This document shows positions 9,335-18,895 of a stretch of 64,000 nt of DNA, piece by piece; position 1 is the stretch's first letter, and each line of letters starts with the position of its first letter. This DNA is from a bacterium (GTDB taxonomy: Bacteria; Electryoneota; JAOADG01): contig OY820579.1 in assembly GCA_963681965.1 (NCBI GenBank), positions 224,001 through 288,000 on the forward strand, written 5' to 3'. Under the pieces are notes generated by a model that saw only the letters and a list, made by a program, of their open reading frames with translations, did not search any database and was not told the DNA's origin. The position numbers and the translations under genes are program-made.

Positions 9335-9527
9335 TTTCCGCTACAATTCCTAAACCAATCCCGATTGAAATGCTCCAATAAGTTGAATCACTTTCAAGTC
9401 TCCGGAAAGTGTACATCAATTCTACGTATCATGTTTTGTGAATTCAGTGATATTCGTTTTATCAGTACCAATTTCGCGAATTACCCGGGCAATCATCGCG
9501 ATATCGACCAAATATGAGGATACTAAG

Positions 9528-10217
9528 ATGAGTCGGTTTCGATATCTGTCGTTCGTTTCTATTACCTTACTACTCTTCGGAATAATCGGGTGCAAGAAAG
9601 ATAGCAGTAGTCCAACACAAGTAGATTCCGGAATTTCCATATCGGGCTTTTACGCAGCTCGATTCGATAGTACTACAATCATTCTATACTGGAATCAAAT
9701 TCCGAACGCCGATTCGATTTTTATTTTGCGCGGCTGGGGTAGTCGCACTCCCACCGATACGATTGCCAAAATAATGAATGTTTGGAACAATTACACCGAT
9801 TCCGATCGTCGTCCCGATTCATCGTATAGTTATCGGATTATTGCGCAAAATAGTCAGGACACGGCAATCTCTTCCGTGGCTAAAGTGATATCCTATTATG
9901 CGGGGATTCATTACTCGAATTCGATTTATCCGATTCTCACGACCTATTGCGGGAATTGCCATAGTACGAATAGTCAGGCAGGTGGGTGGTCGATACAAGA
10001 CTTATCTGCAGCAGTTAATTCTCGACGACTCTCGATTTATTATGGAACAATGACGGGTTCGGTAATCGTTCTTCCCGGAAATCCCGATCAGTCAGCGTTG
10101 TATACGCGCATCTCTTCAACGTATGTACTATACCGCATGCCATTCAATCTCGACTCTTTGGCTCCCGGTAAAGTGGATACAGTCAGGCGCTGGATTCTCG
10201 AAGGTGCAACCAAATAA
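9528..10217 (+). CDS. Lipoprotein with an FN3-like domain and a monoheme (planctomycete-type) cytochrome c domain
   Basis: SD GAGGA before ATG 9528; lipobox IIGC; FN3-like W...Y.D...YSYRI; CGNCH, PGNPDQSALY, RMP, RRWILEGA. Confidence 0.8.
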   Translation: MSRFRYLSFVSITLLLFGIIGCKKDSSSPTQVDSGISISGFYAARFDSTTIILYWNQIPNADSIFILRGWGSRTPTDTIAKIMNVWNNYTDSDRRPDSSYSYRIIAQNSQDTAISSVAKVISYYAGIHYSNSIYPILTTYCGNCHSTNSQAGGWSIQDLSAAVNSRRLSIYYGTMTGSVIVLPGNPDQSALYTRISSTYVLYRMPFNLDSLAPGKVDTVRRWILEGATK

Positions 10218-10244
10218 CTAACAAATTTATACTGTCTTAAACCG

Positions 10245-10270
10245 AAAAGGCGGGATTGCTCCCGCCTTAT
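10245..10270. terminator. Terminator between convergent genes
   Basis: AAGGCGGGA-TTGC-TCCCGCCTT. Confidence 0.7.
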
Positions 10271-10290
10271 CACGTAATTGTCGAGACGAT

Positions 10291-10677
10291 TCAGCTACAG
10301 GATTTAAAGCTAGAACCACAGCCGCAAGTTTTGACGGCATTCGGGTTGTGAATTTTAAACCCGCCACCGATTAGATTATCTTCAAAATCGACTTCGGCGC
10401 CGGCAAGATAGCGAATACTTTCGTTATCGACGATGAATTTAATTCCATCTCGTTCGAATGCGACATCGCCTTCCTCAAGCGGTTGATCGTCAAACATCAA
10501 GCCGTAGCTCATGCCCTTACAGCCGCCGGCTTGCACAAACAACCGAAGTGGTAACTGATCGGAATTGTTCGCTGCTTGCAATTTCTTGATTTGAGTTAAA
10601 GCTTTATCGGTAATTGTTACCATTGCTTCGGTTGTCGATTCATTCAACATAGTTGCTTCCATTTTGGATCCCCCCAA
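10291..10677 (-). CDS. iscA: A-type Fe-S carrier (IscA/ErpA/HesB family)
   Basis: GGCKGMSY and NPNAVKTCGCGSSF motifs. Confidence 0.9.
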   Translation of the reverse strand: MGGSKMEATMLNESTTEAMVTITDKALTQIKKLQAANNSDQLPLRLFVQAGGCKGMSYGLMFDDQPLEEGDVAFERDGIKFIVDNESIRYLAGAEVDFEDNLIGGGFKIHNPNAVKTCGCGSSFKSCS

Positions 10678-10746
10678 TAATACTTAATCTTTCATACTAA
10701 TAAAAACTTGTTCACCTCGTCGGAATTTCCCCGTTTCGACTTGGTT

Positions 10747-11934
10747 TCAATTCACTAATTTCGCCATCGGCGACATGGCATAGAGTCGTTTACCATGATA
10801 TACGATTCGATCAATTGCATATTCGATCTCATCTTGGGTCGTCGACCACCCTACCGAGAGAGTGATACTGCCACTCCGTTGTTCCTCGGGTACACCACAT
10901 GCCTCTAACACATAACTGGCACCGAGTTCGGGACTCGCACAAGCACTACCCGAAACTGCCGCAATACGATCCGCTCCAATTCCGAGCAACAACGCCTCGC
11001 CTTCCACCCACTCCAGCCGGAAACTGGCGATCTGTGGTAACCGACTTATCGGATGACCTGTTTGATAAAAGCAAGCTGGAGCGCAATTACCAAATCCCGC
11101 GGTTAAACCGTCAAGTAGTTGATTGCTTAATTTCCGAAGCTTAATTGCACGTTCCATAATTTCATGCCGGGCAATTTCGGCGGCATTTCCCATTCCCACA
11201 ATTGCTGGTATATTTTCGGTACCAGCACGCTGCTTACGTTCTTGGACACCACCATTCATTTGCGGAAGAAGATCGGTTCCTTTTCGAAGCCACAACGCAG
11301 CCGCTCCAACCGGACCCCAAAAAGCATTTGCACCAAACGAGTAGGCTGTCACCCCAAGGTTTTCGATGTCGATTGGCAAGATACCGACCACACCGCTACC
11401 GTCGGAATGAAGTGGTACACCTCGTGAATTGCAGATTTTAGCAATCTGCTCGAGTGGTTGAATTGTACCAATTTCACTATTTGCATGTTGTATCGATACC
11501 AGTGCCGTATCGTCGCGAATTAATTCGGACAAGCGATCCAGTTTTATTATCCCGAACTCATCGACCGGTACATAATCGATAGCGAATCCCTGCCATAAAA
11601 GCGCTTGCGCAGTCATTCTTACCGATGGGTGATCGATTGCACCAATTACAATATGTTTTCCTCGATCGCTAGCCAACGCAATCCCTTTGAGTGCGAGATT
11701 GTTCGCTTCAGTTGCCGAACTGCAAAAGATCAGCTCAACCGGATCCAGTGCTCCGATCAAAGCTGCAACCTGAGCACGCGCCCGATCCATAGCGCGTTGC
11801 GCATTAACTCCCCACGGATGCAAGCGGGACGAAGGATTGCCATAGTGGCTTTTCGCTGCCTCGGACATCTTCAGAAGAACTTCCGGTAATACCGGAGCAG
11901 CACTAATCCAATCGAGATAAGCTTCTTTTAACAT
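10747..11934 (-). CDS. IscS/NifS-family cysteine desulfurase homologue lacking the PLP-binding lysine
   Basis: YGNPSS, ATEANN, ANSEIGTIQP, RAGTEN and SGSAC are present, but SFGANAFWGP replaces S.HK..GP and SITLS replaces SIRFS. Confidence 0.9.
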   Translation of the reverse strand: MLKEAYLDWISAAPVLPEVLLKMSEAAKSHYGNPSSRLHPWGVNAQRAMDRARAQVAALIGALDPVELIFCSSATEANNLALKGIALASDRGKHIVIGAIDHPSVRMTAQALLWQGFAIDYVPVDEFGIIKLDRLSELIRDDTALVSIQHANSEIGTIQPLEQIAKICNSRGVPLHSDGSGVVGILPIDIENLGVTAYSFGANAFWGPVGAAALWLRKGTDLLPQMNGGVQERKQRAGTENIPAIVGMGNAAEIARHEIMERAIKLRKLSNQLLDGLTAGFGNCAPACFYQTGHPISRLPQIASFRLEWVEGEALLLGIGADRIAAVSGSACASPELGASYVLEACGVPEEQRSGSITLSVGWSTTQDEIEYAIDRIVYHGKRLYAMSPMAKLVN

Positions 11935-11975
11935 CTCTTCTCGCGACCAGCGATTGAATTCAATCGACTGGCTGA

Positions 11976-12437
11976 TTATTTAATTGCAATTTCAACAACT
12001 GGATTCCGTTTCGGTTTCGAATGATCCATGACGGTTTGCTGGTGAAGCAACTGAGCTACCGTAATCGATCGAAATCGTTGACTCAGATCGCTTGCCGTTT
12101 CACAGAGCACCGAGTGAACGGCACAATGCGATAGCATATCACAGCGTTTTCCTTCCATCAGGCAGTCCATCAAGACCAATTTATCTTCGATAGCAATAAC
12201 GATATCAAGTAAAGAGATACTTTCGGGCGAACGTGCCAGTGTCAACCCTCCACCACTGCCACGCCGAGAAACAATCAATCCGGCGTTAACCAATCGCGAT
12301 ACCGTCTTGTGTAAAAAAGCTATCGGAATTCGGCAAACATCGGCAATTGCGCTAGTGGTGACATTATCGCCACCATCGCGACGCGCAATTTCGATCATAA
12401 CTCGAATGCCATATTCCGACTGACGGGAAAGTATCAT
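11976..12437 (-). CDS. Rrf2-family transcriptional regulator, IscR-like (3 Cys + His)
   Basis: SRRGSGGGLTLARSPESISLLDIV wing motif; C-x6-C-x5-C-x2-H. Confidence 0.9.
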   Translation of the reverse strand: MILSRQSEYGIRVMIEIARRDGGDNVTTSAIADVCRIPIAFLHKTVSRLVNAGLIVSRRGSGGGLTLARSPESISLLDIVIAIEDKLVLMDCLMEGKRCDMLSHCAVHSVLCETASDLSQRFRSITVAQLLHQQTVMDHSKPKRNPVVEIAIK

Positions 12438-12481
12438 CTCGAATTGTCCGGTTTACTATTTGAATGGAAGTGATACGGTTT

Positions 12482-12506
12482 AAATTGGACTAATGTAGTC
12501 CAATTT
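12482..12506. promoter_or_regulatory. Putative Rrf2 operator (perfect 11-3-11 palindrome)
   Basis: AAATTGGACTA-ATG-TAGTCCAATTT, 44 bp upstream of the rrf2 start. Confidence 0.65.
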
Positions 12507-12859
12507 GATTGCCGAGAAAAGGGTTAGCGGGAAATTGGGGGGGTATTTCGCGTCGCCAACCCTAGTCTCTTGGGGGAAATTGGATGTGCAGCGATATTGA
12601 ATAGTATCAAAATCTCAGGGTATAGGCAAGAAACACACTTTGTACCATTTTGGCTTGTTTTCTAAAAGTATAACTGCTTATTGTACCCCTTTGATATGAC
12701 CATCTATTTTCTAATAAGATAGTGAAGGTTTTATCAAACACTCACTTAAGCAGTTCCGTTCAATTAGTGTACAACTTATTAATTACTCTGAGAGTAGCTG
12801 TGTATCACAGAAAATAATTACTCGGTTTCCGATTTCTCTTTTTTTGGATCAGTCTAAGT

Positions 12860-15094
12860 GTGATTTTAAAGTACGTTCCATTCGAAAGCGATATGCGATT
12901 TTCTTTATTCATTACTTCCATTAAGAACACTTCACTGAAGCAGCGATGTAATTGGCATTTTTTTGTCTTATCGACGATTCTTTTGCTCATTTGGTTCATT
13001 TTTCCCGCGAATGCCAACATCATCAGAATTGCCAATTTAGCTCAGACGCAAGCGATAGTCAGTGCATGTCGTGGAGAGATTATCTGTGGAAGTACTTCGG
13101 ATTCACTACTCGTGGAATTTCCGGAAGAAAGCGATTTTCGTCGATTCCAATCTCTAGTCTCCGTCGAGTGCTATCGTGAAATCGGCGATCTATCCAATCT
13201 CCTCGGTCCAATTCATAGCAGTTCCGACGAAATCGACGACTATCACACGTATGCTACTGCTGCTTCGGAAATAATTAATTTTGTTACGAACCATCCGACG
13301 ATTGCTCACCTTGACACAATCGGTTATTCGGTGGAACATCGCGCGATCCTACATTTGAAAATCACCGACAGCGTATCGGTCGATCGCGACCTTCCGCGGT
13401 TTTACATCCTTTCGGGAACCCATGGTAACGAGTTGATTGGGGTTGAAATCACATTGCGATACCTGCGCTGGCTCGACACTATGATCGAGACCGATACTGC
13501 GATGCAACGGCGATTGCACAATATCGAACTGCATCTTGTTCCGATCCACAATCCCGATGGTTACGAGTATCGTCAACGCTATAACTACCGAGGAGTAGAT
13601 CTCAACCGAAACTTTGCATTTCACTGGGGTTTTGCTGCGGCAGCATACGGTACCGCCCCGCTATCCGAACCGGAAGATGTGGCAATCGATTCCTTGGTTC
13701 GAACGATCCAGCCGGTAATGTCGCTCGCCTATCATTCCTCCGGAATGCAAATTTTACGTCCATATTGCTGGTATGCGCGGGAATGCCCTGACAGTATCAC
13801 GACACGAAGTTTATCGGTGCTCTATCACAATTATCTCCCATTCTACAATCAGATCATGGGTGGTCAGCTCTACTTCCACGGTGGCGAGCACAACGATCAC
13901 AACTATTCCCGATACGGTAATCCCGGATTTACGATCGAGACTTGGCGCGGACCGGATTACAATCCTCCGATCGATAGTATCGATACAGTCTGTATTCCCC
14001 ACCGTTTTGCAATCAATGCAATGATTGACCGCGCATTGCAAAATCAACTGACCGGATTTGTAATCGACAGCAGTAGCCGACGTCCGATTGCAAATGTCGA
14101 CTGGCAGATCGTTTCTCAGTGGGATTCCGGATTTGTGACCCGCAAATTGCTCCCGAACGGTCGCTATCGAATGCTCCGCGAACCGGGTATATACACTCTC
14201 CAATTCGCAGCTCCGGATTATCTTCCCCGGACGGTTCGGATCAGGATTAGCGCGACTGGCACGCCGACTGTTCAGGATGTGGCGTTGGTCTCAGCGTATT
14301 CTTCTCTGCGAGGACAAGTTGCGATTTATGGCGATCGCTCAACCGATTCGATCTGGGTGTCATTTCGCCAGCAACAAATTTTACTCGACAGTACGCATTC
14401 GTTTGGATTCGATCATGTTACTACCGGCGTCGACACTGTTCTGATCTTTGGAACCGGCTTCGAAACCCGCATTCATATTGTAGCGTTATTGCCGGGCGAT
14501 ACTGCTCGAGTACACACGTCAATAGCTCGACTACTGGCTCCGGTTATTACCCGACGAGGAATCGAAGAAGGGGAATCGCGATTTTACTGGACTTCACCTT
14601 ACACCGATCCAGAAGCGAATCGTCGAATTCTGGGATACGCGATTATACGTGACAGTGTTAATTATATCCCATTGACATTCGATACGGTCTTCTCCGAACC
14701 GTTTCCCGACGGATCACCGCCACGGGTGTACCAATTGCGTACGATCTACCTCTGTGGTCAATCTGCGCTCACCGACACGCTTTTATTTACTGTTCCGGAT
14801 ATCGATAATGTGGATTCTCGATCAATGGTGGATCATTATGGATTTGATCAAGTCTACCCTAACCCATTTAATCGAGTCGTGACCCTCCGTTACCGACTGA
14901 AACCGGAACAATCGGCAGCTCTCGAAGTATTCGACGCATTGGGTCGATTGGTGCAACGCGCTAATATCCCTATTGGTGCAACGGGAGCTTGGCAATGGAT
15001 GCCAGATCGAACACGATCGGCTGCCGGGGTATATTTTCTAAGAATCATTCAAAATCGTCAAACTGAAACTTATAAGCTGTTATATTTACCTTGA
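12860..15094 (+). CDS. M14 zinc carboxypeptidase with carboxypeptidase-regulatory-like domains and a T9SS-type CTD (start uncertain)
   Basis: HGNE, NPDG, RYNYRGVDLNRNF, AYHS and TIET motifs; C-terminal YPNPFN...GVYFLRI. Confidence 0.85.
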   Translation: MILKYVPFESDMRFSLFITSIKNTSLKQRCNWHFFVLSTILLLIWFIFPANANIIRIANLAQTQAIVSACRGEIICGSTSDSLLVEFPEESDFRRFQSLVSVECYREIGDLSNLLGPIHSSSDEIDDYHTYATAASEIINFVTNHPTIAHLDTIGYSVEHRAILHLKITDSVSVDRDLPRFYILSGTHGNELIGVEITLRYLRWLDTMIETDTAMQRRLHNIELHLVPIHNPDGYEYRQRYNYRGVDLNRNFAFHWGFAAAAYGTAPLSEPEDVAIDSLVRTIQPVMSLAYHSSGMQILRPYCWYARECPDSITTRSLSVLYHNYLPFYNQIMGGQLYFHGGEHNDHNYSRYGNPGFTIETWRGPDYNPPIDSIDTVCIPHRFAINAMIDRALQNQLTGFVIDSSSRRPIANVDWQIVSQWDSGFVTRKLLPNGRYRMLREPGIYTLQFAAPDYLPRTVRIRISATGTPTVQDVALVSAYSSLRGQVAIYGDRSTDSIWVSFRQQQILLDSTHSFGFDHVTTGVDTVLIFGTGFETRIHIVALLPGDTARVHTSIARLLAPVITRRGIEEGESRFYWTSPYTDPEANRRILGYAIIRDSVNYIPLTFDTVFSEPFPDGSPPRVYQLRTIYLCGQSALTDTLLFTVPDIDNVDSRSMVDHYGFDQVYPNPFNRVVTLRYRLKPEQSAALEVFDALGRLVQRANIPIGATGAWQWMPDRTRSAAGVYFLRIIQNRQTETYKLLYLP

Positions 15095-15104
15095 TTTTCG
15101 TATT

Positions 15105-16301
15105 TTGTTTTACATGATAAAAACTTTCGACATTGTCGGTTGGCGCAACCAGCTAAAAACGATTTGTAGTCACTCATTTATCGGTGATGAAGTGACTGAT
15201 GTTGCGCTCCCGATTCATCGGTCGACTACTTTCCGTTTATCTCAGGAAACACTCGATGCCTATGTTTCAGGTAACTCTCGCGACACTTGGTTGTACTCGC
15301 GGTATGGAAATCCGACAGTACGTGCATTAGAGCGGAAACTGGCAGCGATGGAAAAAGCTGAGGATGCACTAGCGACATCTTCAGGAATGGCGGCGGTCAG
15401 CGCGGTGCTATTTTCTCTTGCACGACCGGGAGATCGCTGGTTAGTAAGTCGCGAGTTATATGGAGTAACTTATTCGCTCCTGACATCCGATATCGTTAAA
15501 ATGGGAATTACTTTGAGTTGGTTCGATCCGGAAGTTCCTGACCAGCTCGAAGCAGCATTTGCTGAGTCGCCGACACCGCGAGTAGTCTACTTCGAAACGA
15601 TGTCCAATCCACTCTCGCGACCGTCACCGTTACTGGAATTGCTGACGCTGGTACGCAAATATCATTCGACTTCAGTCATCGATAATACTTTTGCATCGCC
15701 GTGGAATTGCATTCCTCATTTTTACGGTGCTGATTTTGTGATAGAATCGGGTACAAAATATTTAAATGGACATTCCGATGTCATTTGTGGTGTCGTTTCG
15801 GGGAGTAAAGAAGTTTTAATGCCGGTATGGCGTCAAATGACTAGACTGGGTGGTTGTCTCGATCCAGCGGCTGCCTATCTATGGAACCGGGGATTACAAA
15901 CCTTTCCTTTGCGTATGGTTGAGATTAACAATCTTGCATACCAAGTAGCTTTTTGGCTGCAAAATCGACCGGAAATCGAAACAGTTTTTTATCCCGGAAT
16001 ACATACCCCGCTTCCCTGCTGGTTACCCAACGGTGGCGGCGTCGTGGCATTTCGAGTAGCCGGAGGTACAGCACGCTCGGAACGGTTATTGAAAGAATTA
16101 CATATTATACAACCGGCAACAAGTCTGGGTGGAGTGGAATCTCTAATCTCAAATCCGTATAATACTAGTCATATGCAGTTTACGGTCGATCAGCAAGCCG
16201 AACTCGGCATTCTTCCGGGTACGGTGCGACTTTCGATCGGAATTGAAAATTATACCGATCTAATCGGGGACTTAGAGCAAGCGTTAATACGTTCGGAATA
16301 A
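15105..16301 (+). CDS. Cys/Met metabolism PLP enzyme (cystathionine gamma-synthase/lyase or methionine gamma-lyase family)
   Basis: YSRYGNPT, SSGMAA, IDNTFASP, SGTKYLNGHSD, SLGGVESLI, RLSIGIE. Confidence 0.9.
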   Translation: MFYMIKTFDIVGWRNQLKTICSHSFIGDEVTDVALPIHRSTTFRLSQETLDAYVSGNSRDTWLYSRYGNPTVRALERKLAAMEKAEDALATSSGMAAVSAVLFSLARPGDRWLVSRELYGVTYSLLTSDIVKMGITLSWFDPEVPDQLEAAFAESPTPRVVYFETMSNPLSRPSPLLELLTLVRKYHSTSVIDNTFASPWNCIPHFYGADFVIESGTKYLNGHSDVICGVVSGSKEVLMPVWRQMTRLGGCLDPAAAYLWNRGLQTFPLRMVEINNLAYQVAFWLQNRPEIETVFYPGIHTPLPCWLPNGGGVVAFRVAGGTARSERLLKELHIIQPATSLGGVESLISNPYNTSHMQFTVDQQAELGILPGTVRLSIGIENYTDLIGDLEQALIRSE

Positions 16302-16309
16302 TTATTCAA

Positions 16310-16546
16310 ATGCGTACTTTCGACAGTTTTGACCGACACCGTTCTATGCGCGTCAATGCAACGTTGCGCAACATCGCACTCGTCTTGGCTTTTATCAGTT
16401 TGGTTTTCTCAGTAATGTCAGGCACGATGCTGTTCTTCGATTTAGGCGATGCCAATTGGTGGGAATTTGTGATCGGGCTGTTTTGTTTTGTGATCTTTTC
16501 CAATATAGGAATGCACTTCCATGTCAGCTTCAAACGGAAAGACTGA
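16310..16546 (+). CDS. Small two-TM membrane protein
   Basis: Two hydrophobic segments; fills the gap between co-directional genes. Confidence 0.55.
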   Translation: MRTFDSFDRHRSMRVNATLRNIALVLAFISLVFSVMSGTMLFFDLGDANWWEFVIGLFCFVIFSNIGMHFHVSFKRKD

Positions 16547-17531
16547 CGTCCGCATCGGTCTTGCCGGTACCGGACATCTAGGCACATTTCACGGTAATCT
16601 TCTCGGTTCAACTCCTCACGCTCAATTCGTCGGTGTTTACGACACAAACCACGAAATCGCTGTTCAAAAAGCTGCGCAGTGGAACGTCAAGGTTTTCGAC
16701 AGCTACGAAGCATTGCTGAAAGAAGTCGATGCCGTCGATATCGTTGCTGTAACGACAGTTCACGAACCATTGACATTGCAAGCGATTGCTGCGGGGAAAC
16801 ACGTCTTCGTTGAAAAACCGTTGGCACATACTGTCGAAGCCGGTAAGCGAATGATCGATGCCGCCGCTAAAGCAGGTATCGTCTTGCAGGTGGGTCATGT
16901 CGAACGGTTTAATCGGGCAGTCCGAGCACTTGATGGCATCAAATTGGAACCTCAGTTTATCGAATCGCATCGACTGGCACCATACAAACCGCGTGGCGTC
17001 GACGTTTCGGTAGTATTCGATTTGATGATTCACGATCTCGACGTAATTCTGCATTTGATTCCCGATCCGGTAATAAACATTGCTGCTAGCGGTGTATCGG
17101 TCGTTTCTCCGTCACCCGATATCGTCAATGCGCGAATCACTTTTGCGCGCGGACAAGTAGCAAATGTTACCGCATCGCGATTGTCATTGCATCCGATGCG
17201 TAAATTACGGATGTTCCAAAATAGCAGCTACGTCTCGCTCGATTTCCAAACCGGTCAGGCTGAAGTAATATATTTAGTTGAGGACAATCCAACACTAACC
17301 GGTTTCCCGCTAATGCCGATCCAATTGGTTGACGGCAGTACAAAAACTATTGCTCGCTGGCAGCCTGAAGCCGCCGAAGCGAACGCGATCGGACTGGAAT
17401 TGGCATCGTTTATCTCGGCGATTCGTGGTGAAACACCGGTTGCTGTAAGCGGCGAACAAGGTTTCCGTGCTTTGGAAGTCGCTCACGAGATCGAAACGAC
17501 GATGGCAGCTCATGCACAACTAATGAAGTGA
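16521..17531 (+). CDS. Gfo/Idh/MocA oxidoreductase, GnnA-like (UDP-GlcNAc 3-dehydrogenase)
   Basis: GTGHLG Rossmann motif, HVFVEKP, GHVERFN, DLMIHDLD. Confidence 0.8.
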   Translation: MSASNGKTDVRIGLAGTGHLGTFHGNLLGSTPHAQFVGVYDTNHEIAVQKAAQWNVKVFDSYEALLKEVDAVDIVAVTTVHEPLTLQAIAAGKHVFVEKPLAHTVEAGKRMIDAAAKAGIVLQVGHVERFNRAVRALDGIKLEPQFIESHRLAPYKPRGVDVSVVFDLMIHDLDVILHLIPDPVINIAASGVSVVSPSPDIVNARITFARGQVANVTASRLSLHPMRKLRMFQNSSYVSLDFQTGQAEVIYLVEDNPTLTGFPLMPIQLVDGSTKTIARWQPEAAEANAIGLELASFISAIRGETPVAVSGEQGFRALEVAHEIETTMAAHAQLMK

Positions 17532-17555
17532 TTTTTTTTTGGTTTGAAGATTTCG

Positions 17556-17581
17556 ATGCGGGCGCCACAGCCCGCATTTTT
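17556..17581 (+). terminator. Intrinsic terminator
   Basis: ATGCGGGC-N6-GCCCGCAT followed by TTTT. Confidence 0.7.
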
Positions 17582-17751
17582 CTTGATTTCGAAATACTCC
17601 TAGTTGTTTCAAAGCATACGATAAATTCGAATATACCCGATCGGCTCTTGCATCGATTATCTTGTAAGGGTACTATTGGATGATAGATTGACGAATAATA
17701 TCAAGATCAGTTGTATATTATATCGTTAAACCAAGTAACCGAATCATCACT

Positions 17752-18846
17752 ATGCGAATCGTATTTCTATTACCCGGGTCGGGTCACAATCCATCCGGGA
17801 ACTACAAAATTGTGTATGAATACGCCAACGGATTATCTCGTATCGGTTACGAGGTCGCAGTTGCTCACGCCCCATATGGAAGACTCGGCGACCGGAAATT
17901 CCACACAGAAATGCTGCGGATTCGAGAATATTGGCTGCGTAAGATTCGCCTGCACGGAGGGTATCGTCCGAAATCGTGGTTTTCAACGGAACGTGCTGTT
18001 AAACTGCTCTGGCTTCCAACGCTGCATTTTCATTGGCTTCCCGATGCCGATATTTGTGTCGCAACTTCGTGGGAAACTGCGGAATGGTTAAACACCTACC
18101 CGGAATCGAAAGGTAAAAAGTTTTACCTTCTACAACATCTGGAAACTCATTACCGATTCAGCGATGAAAAAAGAATCGAAGAGACTTGGAAGCTTCCGAT
18201 GCAGAAAATTGTCATCGCGAAGTGGTTGCAGATGTATGCACAATCGATGAGTCAAGAGGCAGCTTACATCCCCAACGGTTTGGATTTCGAGCGGTTCAAT
18301 ATCGATACTCCAATCAACGAACGTCAACCGGCGAAAGTCATGATGCTCTATCACAACGAACCGTGGAAGGGCACGCAAATCGGATTGATGGCGCTGAAGC
18401 TGGCGAAACAGACCACGCCGGAGTTGAATGTCACGCTATTTGGAATCGATGCACCCACGGAAGATTTCCCGCCATGGATAAAATATTACCGCAATCCATC
18501 GCAGAATGTGTTGCGTAAACTGTACAACGAAGCTGCGATATTTCTCTCGCCGAGTTTTGCCGAAGGGTGGCCTTTACCACCCGCCGAATCGATGCAGTGC
18601 GGTGCAGCATTGTGTGCGACGGATATCGGTGGTCACCGCGAATATGCTACCGACGCGAAAACAGCTTTGATCTCTCCAGCCGGCGATATTCATCGCTTGG
18701 CAGAAAACCTGCAAATCCTCATCCGACATGTCGATATGCGGATCCGCATTGCAACCGACGGCAACAAGTTTATCCGGCAATTCACCTGGCAACGCGCAGT
18801 ACGTTCGTTTCAGGCGGTGATCGATCCCGAAGCCGCGCGAAAATAA
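17752..18846 (+). CDS. Glycosyltransferase family 4
   Basis: YIPNGLD, WKG, EGWPLPPAESMQCG (E-x7-E), TDIGGHREYA. Confidence 0.9.
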   Translation: MRIVFLLPGSGHNPSGNYKIVYEYANGLSRIGYEVAVAHAPYGRLGDRKFHTEMLRIREYWLRKIRLHGGYRPKSWFSTERAVKLLWLPTLHFHWLPDADICVATSWETAEWLNTYPESKGKKFYLLQHLETHYRFSDEKRIEETWKLPMQKIVIAKWLQMYAQSMSQEAAYIPNGLDFERFNIDTPINERQPAKVMMLYHNEPWKGTQIGLMALKLAKQTTPELNVTLFGIDAPTEDFPPWIKYYRNPSQNVLRKLYNEAAIFLSPSFAEGWPLPPAESMQCGAALCATDIGGHREYATDAKTALISPAGDIHRLAENLQILIRHVDMRIRIATDGNKFIRQFTWQRAVRSFQAVIDPEAARK

Positions 18847-18895
18847 CGACACAGTTGTCGTCTCCCGACACAATCGAATTAAATTACACCACTAA

